A stretch of DNA of 64,000 nucleotides from an uncultured Candidatus Saccharibacteria bacterium (lineage in GTDB: Bacteria > Patescibacteriota > Dojkabacteria > J137), in NCBI GenBank assembly GCA_965230975.1, contig OZ246402.1:309304-373303 (forward strand), read 5' to 3'. This document shows positions 10,360-20,399 of the stretch, piece by piece (the stretch's first letter is position 1; every line of letters starts with the position of its first letter). Below the pieces are notes generated by a model. That model was not told where the DNA came from and searched no databases. It was given only the letters and a program-made list of their open reading frames with translations. The position numbers and the translations under genes were made by a program.

Positions 10360-10761
10360 ATGGACAATTGTGTGTTTTGTAAAATAGTAAAAGGTGAGTT
10401 ACCTGCACATAAGATTCTTGAAAATGATAATTATTTGGCATTTTTAGATATTTTTCCAAGAAATACAGCTCAAACTGTTGTAATTCCTAAAAAACATTTA
10501 CACTCTAAACTTACTGAAAATGATAAAGACGAGGTAGTTAAATTAATGGATTTTGCGTTAGACGTTGCACAAAAGATAGAGCAAAAGCTACTAGAAGTTG
10601 AAAGATGCCAATTCGTTATTGAAGGTTTAGAACTCGATCATATGCATTTCAAACTATTTCCAGCATTCTTTCCAGAGCCAAAAGAACATGTAGTCAGTCA
10701 AAGTGGGGTTAGGGCAAATGAGGATGAACTTCAAAAGATTGCCAATGTAATTAATTCGTAA
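10360..10761 (+). CDS. HIT family protein
   Basis: CVFCKIV, AFLDIFP, VIPKKH; triad region reads HMHFK. Confidence 0.9.
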   Translation: MDNCVFCKIVKGELPAHKILENDNYLAFLDIFPRNTAQTVVIPKKHLHSKLTENDKDEVVKLMDFALDVAQKIEQKLLEVERCQFVIEGLELDHMHFKLFPAFFPEPKEHVVSQSGVRANEDELQKIANVINS

Positions 10762-10763
10762 GT

Positions 10764-11384
10764 ATGAAAGTCTCGTTACAGCTAGATAAGGATTTTTTAA
10801 TTCTTAAAGAAAAAGGATATACCAAGATTGTTGGCATAGATGAAGTTGGAAGGGGTTCCTGGGCTGGCCCAGTCGCAGTTGGGGCATATTGTGTAGATTT
10901 AAACACCCAATGGATAAATGGCATAAATGATTCTAAGCAGGTTAGTTTAAAAAATCGAGAAAAGTTAGTAGATACTTTGTCTGCACATATTCATTCTATT
11001 CACTTAGGCTCCGTGGAAAATATAAATAAGTATGGAATTGGTAAGTCAATTACATTTTTAATTCAAGAGATTGTAGAAAAATATAATAATTCAGATACTT
11101 TCTTTTTAATTGATGGTCAATTTTCACAGGATTTTGGCACAAATTCGTTAAAAGTTATAAAAGGAGATGCTACTTATTATTCTATTGCAGCAGCGTCAAT
11201 CTTAGCTAAAGTGTATAGAGACAATCTAATGAAAGAATTACATAAAACATATCCTCACTATGGATTTTTAACGAATGTTGGTTACCCTTCCAAATCGCAT
11301 ATTCAGGCGTTAAAAATCCACGGTCCAACACCAATTCACAGAACAAGCTTTACACCGATAGGAGAGATGCTAATCAACTCATAA
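10764..11384 (+). CDS. rnhB: Ribonuclease HII
   Basis: GIDEVGRG, DSK, KGD, SIAAASILAKV.RD, HRTSF. Confidence 0.96.
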   Translation: MKVSLQLDKDFLILKEKGYTKIVGIDEVGRGSWAGPVAVGAYCVDLNTQWINGINDSKQVSLKNREKLVDTLSAHIHSIHLGSVENINKYGIGKSITFLIQEIVEKYNNSDTFFLIDGQFSQDFGTNSLKVIKGDATYYSIAAASILAKVYRDNLMKELHKTYPHYGFLTNVGYPSKSHIQALKIHGPTPIHRTSFTPIGEMLINS

Positions 11385-11431
11385 TAATATATGGTTCAAA
11401 ACAATCTCATTTTAGTGTAAGATATTTTTGT

Positions 11432-11857
11432 ATGGCAAAAATATATATTGTTGCTTCGGTGGTGCTTTTTATCTTATCCGCATTTGTAGCGATTCTTTCT
11501 TATGTGCAGTACGATAGAAGTGTTAACTATTGGGGAAATGAGTGGAATGGAAGTATTTGGCTAAGCTCTGGTAATAAAAATGTCGCTGATATTAGGCTTT
11601 CAAAACAAGGTAAGGTTGGCCTTGGTTATGTTGAAAATTTATATGATGGCATACACATTAAATTTTATGATAATGGCATTGAGCTTAATTCTATAATAAG
11701 CCCTAATGAAGTATCTATTTATAAATTTGATACTCAAAATAATTTAGTGCTTGCCAACTATTCGGATCTAGTTAATCGAATAGGAGGTATTGTAGATATT
11801 ACCTACTATAAAAAATTTAGTTCCAATGCTATTTATGTAAATAATATAGTTTTATGA
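11432..11857 (+). CDS. Hypothetical protein with N-terminal TM
   Basis: ORF with hydrophobic N-terminus; ATGA overlap with the next gene. Confidence 0.65.
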   Translation: MAKIYIVASVVLFILSAFVAILSYVQYDRSVNYWGNEWNGSIWLSSGNKNVADIRLSKQGKVGLGYVENLYDGIHIKFYDNGIELNSIISPNEVSIYKFDTQNNLVLANYSDLVNRIGGIVDITYYKKFSSNAIYVNNIVL

Positions 11858-12225
11858 AGATTGCTTATATACTAATAAATATTTTAACCATAATGCTAAT
11901 AGGTGCATCTATTTTCTTTTTCTTGATTTCTAGAAATACTATAAATAAAGGTGACTTTAATCTAGAATATGTAATATCTTTAGAGGATAAAAGTATTACA
12001 TTTAAAAATAATGAACTTAATATTACAGATTTAGAAAATCAAGAATTTAGCATTAAAGCATCTAGTTATGTTGGTGATATAAAGCTTTTAAGTTCGATGT
12101 TTGGTGTTATAAAACAAGGAGATAATGAGGAATTATGGGTAAATAAAGGGGATTGTAATTATATATCTATAACATTTGTATCTGCGGATAAAATTAATAA
12201 TTTATACTGTATTAAATCTATCTAA
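11854..12225 (+). CDS. Hypothetical protein with N-terminal TM
   Basis: ORF coupled to both neighbours (ATGA and TAATG overlaps). Confidence 0.65.
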   Translation: MKIAYILINILTIMLIGASIFFFLISRNTINKGDFNLEYVISLEDKSITFKNNELNITDLENQEFSIKASSYVGDIKLLSSMFGVIKQGDNEELWVNKGDCNYISITFVSADKINNLYCIKSI

Positions 12226-14849
12226 TGAAACAAAAACTATTATTTACATTAATTCTGAGTGTAGCTTTTTCACTCTCAGGGTTTATTTTACCTGCTACAC
12301 ATACAAAGGTTTCTGCACAGGCTTGTACTTGTTGGCCTCCGGGAGCTACATCTGACCAAGGTTGTATGGCCTATGGATGTCCTACTGGAACAAGAAGGGT
12401 ATGTAATTGCAATGCGGGAGGTTCAGGAGGTGCCTGCACACCCGTTGCAGGTTGTGGGTCAACTTGTGGAGGATCATGGAGCTGTTATTGTCAACCTGAT
12501 GCATCATGCGGCGGCGGAGGAGGTGGTACAGCTTGCACACCAAATGCTCAAAGATGTAATGGTTGTGACAGAGTCCAATGCTTATCGGATGGTTCTGGTG
12601 AAATAATTATAGGTCCAGGTTCGTGTTGTACACCACCGCCCCCAGCATGCACTTCTACAGCACCTGCTGCAACAACCTTGGTGTCTCCTTCGAATAATGT
12701 AACTATACCCTCTAATTCTACGACGCTAAATTGGAATTCCAACAGTGCTTGGGGAACAGGATGTCCTTCAAACAATAATCAATACAGGGTGTTTTTAAGT
12801 CAAAATTGTACGGGAACATATACTAATATTGCAAATGTGGCCAGTTCTGTAACAAACTATAATCTATCGGGATTAACTTATGGAAGTTCTTATTGCTGGT
12901 ACGTTCAAACTTCAAATGGAAGTCAAACAGCAAATAGTGCTGTTTGGAGATTCACAGTGAATAACAATCCCTCTATAACTAGTTCCACTTTTGGTGCAGA
13001 TAGTTGTGGTTACAGTACTACAGGAAGGTTTGATTCAATATCCCCTAACAAAGTAAATCCTTTGACTTTTAATGTAGGTTTTAGTGATCCCGAGGCAGAT
13101 TTATTATCCGGAATCTTTATAGGTTTTGTTCCACAAAGTGCGTTAAATGCAAATACAGTCACATATGACCAGGTGTATTCTGCAGCTACAAATAATAATT
13201 CAATTGTAACTTTGCTGGGCTATTCAACTGCTGGGGTTCTGCAGAATAACTGGAGTTATAATATGCAATCTGGTGGGGTTGAAGTTCAAAATACTCCTGG
13301 TACAGCGACCCTCTTAGGTGCAGGTACTACTTCTAAAGTTACATACATAAGTCCTGGTAATTGGAACAGTAGTGTTACTATTAGGTTTGGAAATACATAT
13401 CCATCAGGCTTACAAAATGTTTATGTGATGGCAACTGTTTTGAACCCAGATGGAACTTATTCCACACCAAACCAGGGTTCATCGAGTTTATTAATGATGA
13501 CTAAAGTGGCAACCTGGTCATTTGATATGACTAATCCAACCGGCTCAATTGTATTAAGCAACTATGTTGGCAGTAATTTTACTGCTGCATGGAGTGGTTC
13601 AGATGCAAGTGGGTTAAAAAATGCATATTCGTATATTATTGCAGGTAGTAGTGGATCGACACTAACAGATACAACTGGTGGATACGCAATTAACCCACTA
13701 GGCACTGCAGATATGAATTACCCAACACCTTCAAACGCTGGTATTGGAATTGCTAATTTGCCAACTACTAGGAATTATACATTTACAGGTGTGTCTGACT
13801 ACACACTTAAACTAGCATTAGAAGACAGAGCTTGTAACGTTTATACTGCAACTGCAGGAGCAGTTATACCTACCTCATGGATATATTCTCGAGAAGGTAT
13901 AGTTTCTGCAAATGGAGGTATTTTAAACATTAAGATTCCAACTACAGTAGGGTCAATGAATATTACTGATTTAATAACACCGAACCCACCAACCGGTAAT
14001 AGTTCTTCACCTTATACAACCGCAAATAACTTTGTTGCAGAATCTCCATTGAAACTTGGTACAGGTAGTGTAATATCAGGGACTGGTACACTTCCTACTC
14101 CAGTAGCAACTATTTCTGCCAAAGATAGGTATACTTACAACTATTCTAATCAAGCTACGACGCCAGATACTAGATCAAATACAACTAATTGGTATAGTTA
14201 TGTTCTAGATTTGCTAAATAGTAATAATGCAAGCAATATACTTGCAGAAGGAACTTCTGGTTCTATTTATATTAGCGGTTCGGTTAGCACCTATCTAAAT
14301 GCAGTACTACAATTTTATAGAGGCCCAAGTGCACTTTCAGATACAACATCTATCTATACAATTCATATCCCATCTGGGCAAATGATATTTAATACCCTTA
14401 ACTGTGATAGAAGAGTTGTATTTATCTCTCCAAACCCAATGACACTTGTTCCAAACATAACTCGTAGTGGAACTGGAGGGTGCATTTTTGTGTCTGGTGG
14501 TAACGTCACTGTCTCTGCAGGTGGAAACTTAACTACAACTCCGCTTGCTACGGGTGGTAATTCCTCTTACGATGTCATAAACGGTTATATAATTTCTAAC
14601 GGAAGTTTTATATCAACTAAAGATAATGCTCAATCAGGTCCAAGCGATACTCCAGCTACAAGACAATGGGATGGGATGCTAATCAAAGGTGGTGTTTTGG
14701 CAACCAATGTAAGCTTAAATAGAAGCTTAAATTCTAGTGGAAATGCAGATCAACCTGCAGAAATTTATCAGTACGATCCATTCTATTCACTTACCTTTAA
14801 AGATGCATTGGCAAGCAGATTCTACACAATTAGAGAATATATTCCATAA
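12225..14849 (+). CDS. Secreted Cys-rich protein with FN3/Ig-like domains
   Basis: Signal peptide ending VSA/Q; 19 Cys in about 110 aa; FN3-like segment (TTLNW...LTYGSSYCWYV); C-terminal PAEIYQYDP. Confidence 0.8.
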   Translation: MKQKLLFTLILSVAFSLSGFILPATHTKVSAQACTCWPPGATSDQGCMAYGCPTGTRRVCNCNAGGSGGACTPVAGCGSTCGGSWSCYCQPDASCGGGGGGTACTPNAQRCNGCDRVQCLSDGSGEIIIGPGSCCTPPPPACTSTAPAATTLVSPSNNVTIPSNSTTLNWNSNSAWGTGCPSNNNQYRVFLSQNCTGTYTNIANVASSVTNYNLSGLTYGSSYCWYVQTSNGSQTANSAVWRFTVNNNPSITSSTFGADSCGYSTTGRFDSISPNKVNPLTFNVGFSDPEADLLSGIFIGFVPQSALNANTVTYDQVYSAATNNNSIVTLLGYSTAGVLQNNWSYNMQSGGVEVQNTPGTATLLGAGTTSKVTYISPGNWNSSVTIRFGNTYPSGLQNVYVMATVLNPDGTYSTPNQGSSSLLMMTKVATWSFDMTNPTGSIVLSNYVGSNFTAAWSGSDASGLKNAYSYIIAGSSGSTLTDTTGGYAINPLGTADMNYPTPSNAGIGIANLPTTRNYTFTGVSDYTLKLALEDRACNVYTATAGAVIPTSWIYSREGIVSANGGILNIKIPTTVGSMNITDLITPNPPTGNSSSPYTTANNFVAESPLKLGTGSVISGTGTLPTPVATISAKDRYTYNYSNQATTPDTRSNTTNWYSYVLDLLNSNNASNILAEGTSGSIYISGSVSTYLNAVLQFYRGPSALSDTTSIYTIHIPSGQMIFNTLNCDRRVVFISPNPMTLVPNITRSGTGGCIFVSGGNVTVSAGGNLTTTPLATGGNSSYDVINGYIISNGSFISTKDNAQSGPSDTPATRQWDGMLIKGGVLATNVSLNRSLNSSGNADQPAEIYQYDPFYSLTFKDALASRFYTIREYIP

Positions 14850-14876
14850 GATTAAGGTGTAGTATATAATTCTTTA

Positions 14877-15329
14877 ATGATTGTAAAAGAACTAAACCTT
14901 GTCCATCAAGAAAACCTTGTAGTTGAAATTAAAGAAGACACAGAACTACTCTTTAAATATGTTGGTATTAAAGATACCCAATTTAAAACTAAGGTTACTT
15001 TTCTACATAAATTACCAAATATAAAATCTAGAATAAATATTAGAGCGGTAGTTTTTGATAATGCTAAATTTGATCTAGAAGGTATATTGCAAATAGATAA
15101 AGGAGCAACAGGTACGGATACTTATTTAAAAATAGATTGTTTGGTTGTTGGAGATAATTCTTTTGCAAGAGCAATTCCATCTTTGGAGATAAAAGAATCA
15201 GAAGTTAAAGGAGGTCACGGAGCGACTATAGGTTATATAGATGAATCCCAACTTAATTATTTATACTCCAAGGGTTTAAGTAAACATATTTCAGAACAGC
15301 TTGTAGTAGACGCCTTTATTAATTCCTAA
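14877..15329 (+). CDS. Short SufB/SufD-family protein (C-terminal beta-helix part only)
   Basis: ARAIPSLEI...GHGATIG..DESQL.YL.SKGL. Confidence 0.85.
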   Translation: MIVKELNLVHQENLVVEIKEDTELLFKYVGIKDTQFKTKVTFLHKLPNIKSRINIRAVVFDNAKFDLEGILQIDKGATGTDTYLKIDCLVVGDNSFARAIPSLEIKESEVKGGHGATIGYIDESQLNYLYSKGLSKHISEQLVVDAFINS

Positions 15330-15378
15330 AAAGTAATATAATGCACTTACCTAACTTATTAAATTTTATTTTTAGCAT

Positions 15379-15891
15379 ATGTCAGATGTATCAAGTTCTC
15401 CTGTTCAACCAGTAAGCCAATCTACTAAAAAAAGTAATACTGGCAAGATTCTAATTGGATGTTGTTTAGTAATTTTAGTTTTGTTGTGCATGTGTTGTGG
15501 TGCAGTGTTTTTGCTTTTTGGAACAACAGCAACAACTGCCATGACAGTTTACAATAACGTACAAACATCATTAGTTAAAGTGTGTGATGGTCAAGAATCA
15601 GATTTAAGAAATTTTTACGATACAAGAACTACTCAAGAATTTAAGGCTCAAACATCTTATTCTCAATTTAAATCTTTTTATACAAACTATAAAGATATTA
15701 TTTTAGATTGCCAAGAATTAAAACAAGGCACTTTCTTTAATAACAAAATTAATGGGTTACAAATTAATATGGAAACAGTGAATGGAATACAAACACTTAG
15801 CGTACAGTATCCATCAAAATCTTACACTGTTAGTTTTCAATTTGTTCAACAATCTAACGATTGGAAAATTAACACTATTGAAATTAGGTAA
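15379..15891 (+). CDS. Single-TM hypothetical protein (Cys-rich TM, NTF2-like C-terminus)
   Basis: GCC...CMCC within the TM; ends FVQQSNDWKI. Confidence 0.7.
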   Translation: MSDVSSSPVQPVSQSTKKSNTGKILIGCCLVILVLLCMCCGAVFLLFGTTATTAMTVYNNVQTSLVKVCDGQESDLRNFYDTRTTQEFKAQTSYSQFKSFYTNYKDIILDCQELKQGTFFNNKINGLQINMETVNGIQTLSVQYPSKSYTVSFQFVQQSNDWKINTIEIR

Positions 15892-15911
15892 TCTATTATA
15901 ATAACTACTCA

Positions 15912-15940
15912 TTGAAACTTTAGCGAATTTTTGGGATAAT
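15912..15940 (+). promoter_or_regulatory. Sigma70-type promoter for fusA
   Basis: TTGAAA-17 nt-GATAAT with a TG extension. Confidence 0.6.
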
Positions 15941-16050
15941 CCGTAGCAGATTTTTATTCGTATCCCAAGGTTGGTAGTTTTATATTATGGTAATCAATTT
16001 GCCAAACTAAAAAACTTACAACTTTTAACTTATTTACTTAAAACTTTAAT

Positions 16051-18198
16051 ATGGCAAGTACAGTAGACTATTCCAAGGTTAAGGACACAAAGTTCTATAG
16101 AAACATTGGAATTATTGCGCACGTAGATGCTGGTAAAACAACAACTACAGAAAGAATTCTTTTCTTTACAGGAAGAAAACACAAAACAGGAGAAGTTCAC
16201 GAAGGAGCAGCAGAAATGGACTTCATGGCTCAAGAAAGAGAAAGAGGAATTACAATCCAATCTGCAGCTACAACTGCTTTTTGGGAATTAAACGGTCACC
16301 CTTACAGAATTAACATTATTGATACACCCGGCCATGTTGACTTTACAGCAGAAGTAGAAAGATCTTTAAGAGTGTTAGATGGAGCAATCGTTGTATTCGA
16401 TGGAAAGATGGGTGTAGAACCACAATCTTCAAAGGTATGGTTCCAAGCAGAAAAATATAGAGTACCAAGAATGTGTTACGTAAATAAACTTGATAACATT
16501 GGTGCAGACTTTTACAAATCTTACGGTACAATTGTAGAACACTTGAGCGACCATGCTGTTCCAATTTCATTACCATTTGGCTTAGAAAACGATTTCAAAG
16601 GAATTATTGACTTAGTAAGAATGCAAGCTAGAGTTCATCAAGATGATGAAGGTAAAGTAGTAGATGTTATTGATATTCCAGAAGAATACAAAGCAAAAGC
16701 AGAAGAATACAGAACAAAATTGATCGAAGTTGTTGCAGATGTTGACGATGACATTGCAATGAAATACTTAGAAGGAGAAGAAATTTCTGCAGAAGAATTA
16801 GAAGTAGGGGTAAGAAAAGCAACATTGGCTTTGAAATTGTTCCCAGTAATGGCAGGTTCATCTTTGAAAAACAAAGGCGTTCAAGCAATGCTTGATAACG
16901 TTTGTAGGTACTTACCTTCCCCTCACGATAAATCATTTACAATTACAGATAAATCTACCGGAGAAGAAAAAATTTATAAAGACGAGGTTCCTGGTACAGA
17001 TCCAAGAACAGGTGAAATCATTACTAGAAAATTATCTGACACAGAACCATTTGCAGGTTTAGTATTCAAATTAGCTATTGACCCACATGTTGGTAACTTA
17101 TCTTTCTTTAGAGTTTACTCTGGTAAACTTCAATCTGGTAGTTATGTATATAACTCAACTACAGGCAATAAAGAAAGAGTAGGAAGAATTCTTTTGATGC
17201 ATGCTAACCACAGAGAAGAGGTTCAAGAGGTTAGAGCAGGAGATATTGCTGCAATTGTTGGTTTAAAAGATACAAAGACTGGAAATACAGTTTGTGATGA
17301 ATCTAAACAAATTAGATTAGAATCAATTGAATTCCCAGAACCAGTTGTGAACTTTGCTATTGAGCCAAAAACAAAATCTGACCAAGAAAAATTAGGTGTT
17401 GCATTAGGTAAGTTGGTTTCTGAAGACCCAACATTCAGAGCAAAAACAGATGAAGAAACAGGTCAAATTGTTATTTCAGGAATGGGAGAACTACATTTAG
17501 ACATTAAAGTAGATATTTTAAAAAGAGAGTACGGAATCGAAGTAGCTATGGGTAAACCTCAAGTAGCATACAGAGAAACTGTAGTTTCTGATGGTGAACA
17601 TAGAGAATTGTTAAAGAAGCAATCTGGTGGAGCTGGTCAATATGCAGATATTGCATTTAAGATTCACCCACAAGAGAGAGGTGCTGGATATAAGTTTATA
17701 GATAACATTAAAGGTGGAGCTATTCCAAGAGAATATATTCCAGCAATTGATAAAGGTATTCAAGATGCTCTAACAAATGGTCCATTAGGTGGATATCCAG
17801 TTGTAGATGTTGCTGTTGAAATTACAGATGGTTCGTACCACGAAGTTGACTCTAATACAGATACATTTAAAATTTGTGCTTACTATGGTTTCAAAAACTT
17901 AATGAAAGCCGCAAATCCAGTATTATTAGAGCCGATCATGGCAGTTACAATTAATGTTCCAGAAGAGCATGTTGGAGCTGTTACAGGTTATTTATCTTCT
18001 AAAAGAGGTATTATTAAAAACCTTTTACAAAGAGGTAAGACAAAAGAGCTTGTTGCAGAGGCACCTTTGGCAGAACTTTTTGGTTATGTTTCAGATTTAA
18101 GAAACTTAACATCTGGTACTGCTGCACCTAATATGGAACCTTCTCACTATGCAGAAGTTCCAAGAAATATTATGGAAAAAGTATTAGCTGCTAAATAA
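16051..18198 (+). CDS. fusA: Elongation factor G
   Basis: AHVDAGKTT, ERERGITI, DTPGH, NKLD, GMGELHL. Confidence 0.99.
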   Translation: MASTVDYSKVKDTKFYRNIGIIAHVDAGKTTTTERILFFTGRKHKTGEVHEGAAEMDFMAQERERGITIQSAATTAFWELNGHPYRINIIDTPGHVDFTAEVERSLRVLDGAIVVFDGKMGVEPQSSKVWFQAEKYRVPRMCYVNKLDNIGADFYKSYGTIVEHLSDHAVPISLPFGLENDFKGIIDLVRMQARVHQDDEGKVVDVIDIPEEYKAKAEEYRTKLIEVVADVDDDIAMKYLEGEEISAEELEVGVRKATLALKLFPVMAGSSLKNKGVQAMLDNVCRYLPSPHDKSFTITDKSTGEEKIYKDEVPGTDPRTGEIITRKLSDTEPFAGLVFKLAIDPHVGNLSFFRVYSGKLQSGSYVYNSTTGNKERVGRILLMHANHREEVQEVRAGDIAAIVGLKDTKTGNTVCDESKQIRLESIEFPEPVVNFAIEPKTKSDQEKLGVALGKLVSEDPTFRAKTDEETGQIVISGMGELHLDIKVDILKREYGIEVAMGKPQVAYRETVVSDGEHRELLKKQSGGAGQYADIAFKIHPQERGAGYKFIDNIKGGAIPREYIPAIDKGIQDALTNGPLGGYPVVDVAVEITDGSYHEVDSNTDTFKICAYYGFKNLMKAANPVLLEPIMAVTINVPEEHVGAVTGYLSSKRGIIKNLLQRGKTKELVAEAPLAELFGYVSDLRNLTSGTAAPNMEPSHYAEVPRNIMEKVLAAK

Positions 18199-18213
18199 GT
18201 TTAACTAAACTTT

Positions 18214-18251
18214 AAAACCCGCCGAAGAATTAAGTATTCGGCGGTTTTTTT
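18214..18251 (+). terminator. Intrinsic terminator after fusA
   Basis: CCGCCGAA...TTCGGCGG followed by T7. Confidence 0.8.
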
Positions 18252-18354
18252 TGCTTTCATTTTATAATGACACTTATCTCATAGTAAAAACTAGCTTGAA
18301 GATAAATAAATTTAGGGAATATAATGCAATATTATAATTTTTTAAGAAATTAGC

Positions 18355-18681
18355 ATGTCATACGATGTAAGTTTTGAATTTTTAGAGCATAGTGCACATT
18401 CTACTGTTGAAGGATCAGTTTTTCGTTTTGCTAACAAACCAATTGAAAATGAGTTTGGGTCTCTTCTAGGTCAATTCCCAACACTAAAATCATCTTGGGA
18501 TCGATTAAGTATTGCCTTGGATTTATCAGAATATAATCTTGCACAAAAAAGTTTTAGAGATAATGTAGCAATTTTGGTAGATCAAAATTTATTATCTAGT
18601 GATTCTGCAGATTATTTAATTAGCATTCAAATACAACACAATTTGTTCACCCATCTGAGGACGAACTATAGATTCCAATAA
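18355..18681 (+). CDS. Hypothetical protein
   Basis: ORF with upstream TATAAT; no recognised motif. Confidence 0.55.
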   Translation: MSYDVSFEFLEHSAHSTVEGSVFRFANKPIENEFGSLLGQFPTLKSSWDRLSIALDLSEYNLAQKSFRDNVAILVDQNLLSSDSADYLISIQIQHNLFTHLRTNYRFQ

Positions 18682-18708
18682 TATTATATTTATAAAAAGT
18701 AAAACTAT

Positions 18709-18957
18709 ATGGAAACTGCTAACGATGAAACAATTTATCAACATACTAATTTACCAGATACTCTAGCTGCTGATTTGATGAAATCTTTCTCCAGAGCTAG
18801 GGATCAATCATCTGCAGTAAAATTTTATAAACTTTGGCTCATGTATTCCGAAGTTTATCCAGAAAGTTATTTTGTTGGGTCATTTAACCTTGCTTTAGAT
18901 AAATTGGATAAAAAGTTTGGAATATTTAGTGCGGTAGCTAAAACAGAAGAAGCTTAA
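18709..18957 (+). CDS. Hypothetical protein
   Basis: Short ORF in tandem with the previous one. Confidence 0.5.
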   Translation: METANDETIYQHTNLPDTLAADLMKSFSRARDQSSAVKFYKLWLMYSEVYPESYFVGSFNLALDKLDKKFGIFSAVAKTEEA

Positions 18958-18961
18958 TTAC

Positions 18962-19417
18962 TTACATTTCTAAATATTGCTCGCTAATTCCATAGTTGGA
19001 GTTGTTTATCTTTAATAAAATGCACTCAATAAATTGAATATCATTTTCAATATCTATTAAACTTCTATCAAACCTGGTAGATTGCCCCTTTTTCATTCTC
19101 AAAATTGTAAGTCTTCGTTCTGTAGCTAATTTACGAGATAAAATTTGAAATCTTCTCAATATTTGATCAATAGACATATTTGATCCAATAGCTAATACCT
19201 CCTCGATTAACTGAATATGTTCATTAAGGATATGGATATTTGCGTTAAGACTATCACTCACATCGGGTGCATCATGATCAGTTTCCACTTGAGTTTGAAA
19301 GTTATCCCTAAGTCTTACAAACCCATCATGGAGTCTTATTAAATCAGTAAAGGGTAGGGAATTTGCAATACCATCTTTTAATGTAAGGCTAGAAGTACTA
19401 GTTAGGTCTAAAGCCAT
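18962..19417 (-). CDS. Hypothetical helical protein
   Basis: 151-aa ORF; no recognised motif. Confidence 0.55.
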   Translation of the reverse strand: MALDLTSTSSLTLKDGIANSLPFTDLIRLHDGFVRLRDNFQTQVETDHDAPDVSDSLNANIHILNEHIQLIEEVLAIGSNMSIDQILRRFQILSRKLATERRLTILRMKKGQSTRFDRSLIDIENDIQFIECILLKINNSNYGISEQYLEM

Positions 19418-19484
19418 TTATTGTGTCTTAAATGCTTAGAATCTTACCACTAACTTAACTCAAGTAAATACCTTATAGAAATTT

Positions 19485-20330
19485 TTAAGTATTAATTTTG
19501 TTTTGAAGTTTTTTTATTGATCTATTAATAAAATAGAAGATAGGGCTTTTTATATTTAATTTTTCTTTAATAAATGGCATATTTTCAATAGTCTTGTTAT
19601 AAGCATTATCAATAAGTTCTGGAAATTTATCGTAAGAAAACGGCCCAGCATCTAACCCTAAATTATCTATATGAATATCTAATGGGTGTGCCAAAGAATC
19701 CACGGCTCTATAATTTTCTGCAGCAATTAAAATAGGATCTAAAAATCTAGATAAAAGGCTGGTATGATTTTCAAGGGAATGCATTTTGCCGGCTGATAGG
19801 CCCATAACAACGTCTGCACCCTTACGTCTTAAAAAATCTGCACCATATCCAGCCGTAATGTCTCCATCAATATAATATTGACCTTCAATTTCTATTGGTG
19901 GCATGTAAAATGGGAACGCACAGGTTGCCATAATCAATGGTTTAAGTAATCCTTTTTCAAATATTTCAACTCTTCTGGTATTTAAATTAGTTGCTTGAAT
20001 ATATACAGGTATTTTCAAATCCTCAAGTTTAATATCTTTTAATATAGGCTCTATTTCAATTTCTGCTTTATGTATTCCTAATAGAGTTAATTCTTTTAAA
20101 GATTCTAAAGAGATCATATTTTTTAGTTGAAACCTACTTATAATCTCTATTATCTCTTTCTCAGGTAAGTTCATTCCATAAAGCACACCAATATTTGCAC
20201 CCATGCTAGATCCAATAATGTAATCAATCTGAATGTCTTCTTCTCTTAGTGCTTTAAATACGCCAACATAACCAGTAGCTCTGCCGGCACCACCTCTTAA
20301 CGAAAGTCCTAACTTTTTTTGATTTCGCAT
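19485..20330 (-). CDS. Patatin-like phospholipase
   Basis: GGAGR oxyanion loop, GSSMG nucleophile motif, DGD catalytic Asp. Confidence 0.9.
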   Translation of the reverse strand: MRNQKKLGLSLRGGAGRATGYVGVFKALREEDIQIDYIIGSSMGANIGVLYGMNLPEKEIIEIISRFQLKNMISLESLKELTLLGIHKAEIEIEPILKDIKLEDLKIPVYIQATNLNTRRVEIFEKGLLKPLIMATCAFPFYMPPIEIEGQYYIDGDITAGYGADFLRRKGADVVMGLSAGKMHSLENHTSLLSRFLDPILIAAENYRAVDSLAHPLDIHIDNLGLDAGPFSYDKFPELIDNAYNKTIENMPFIKEKLNIKSPIFYFINRSIKKLQNKINT

Positions 20331-20399
20331 AAAATAATCGAGAGTATTATTCTAATTTACCCGAAGTAGAGAATGAGTTCAATGATTTTGTTATGAAGA

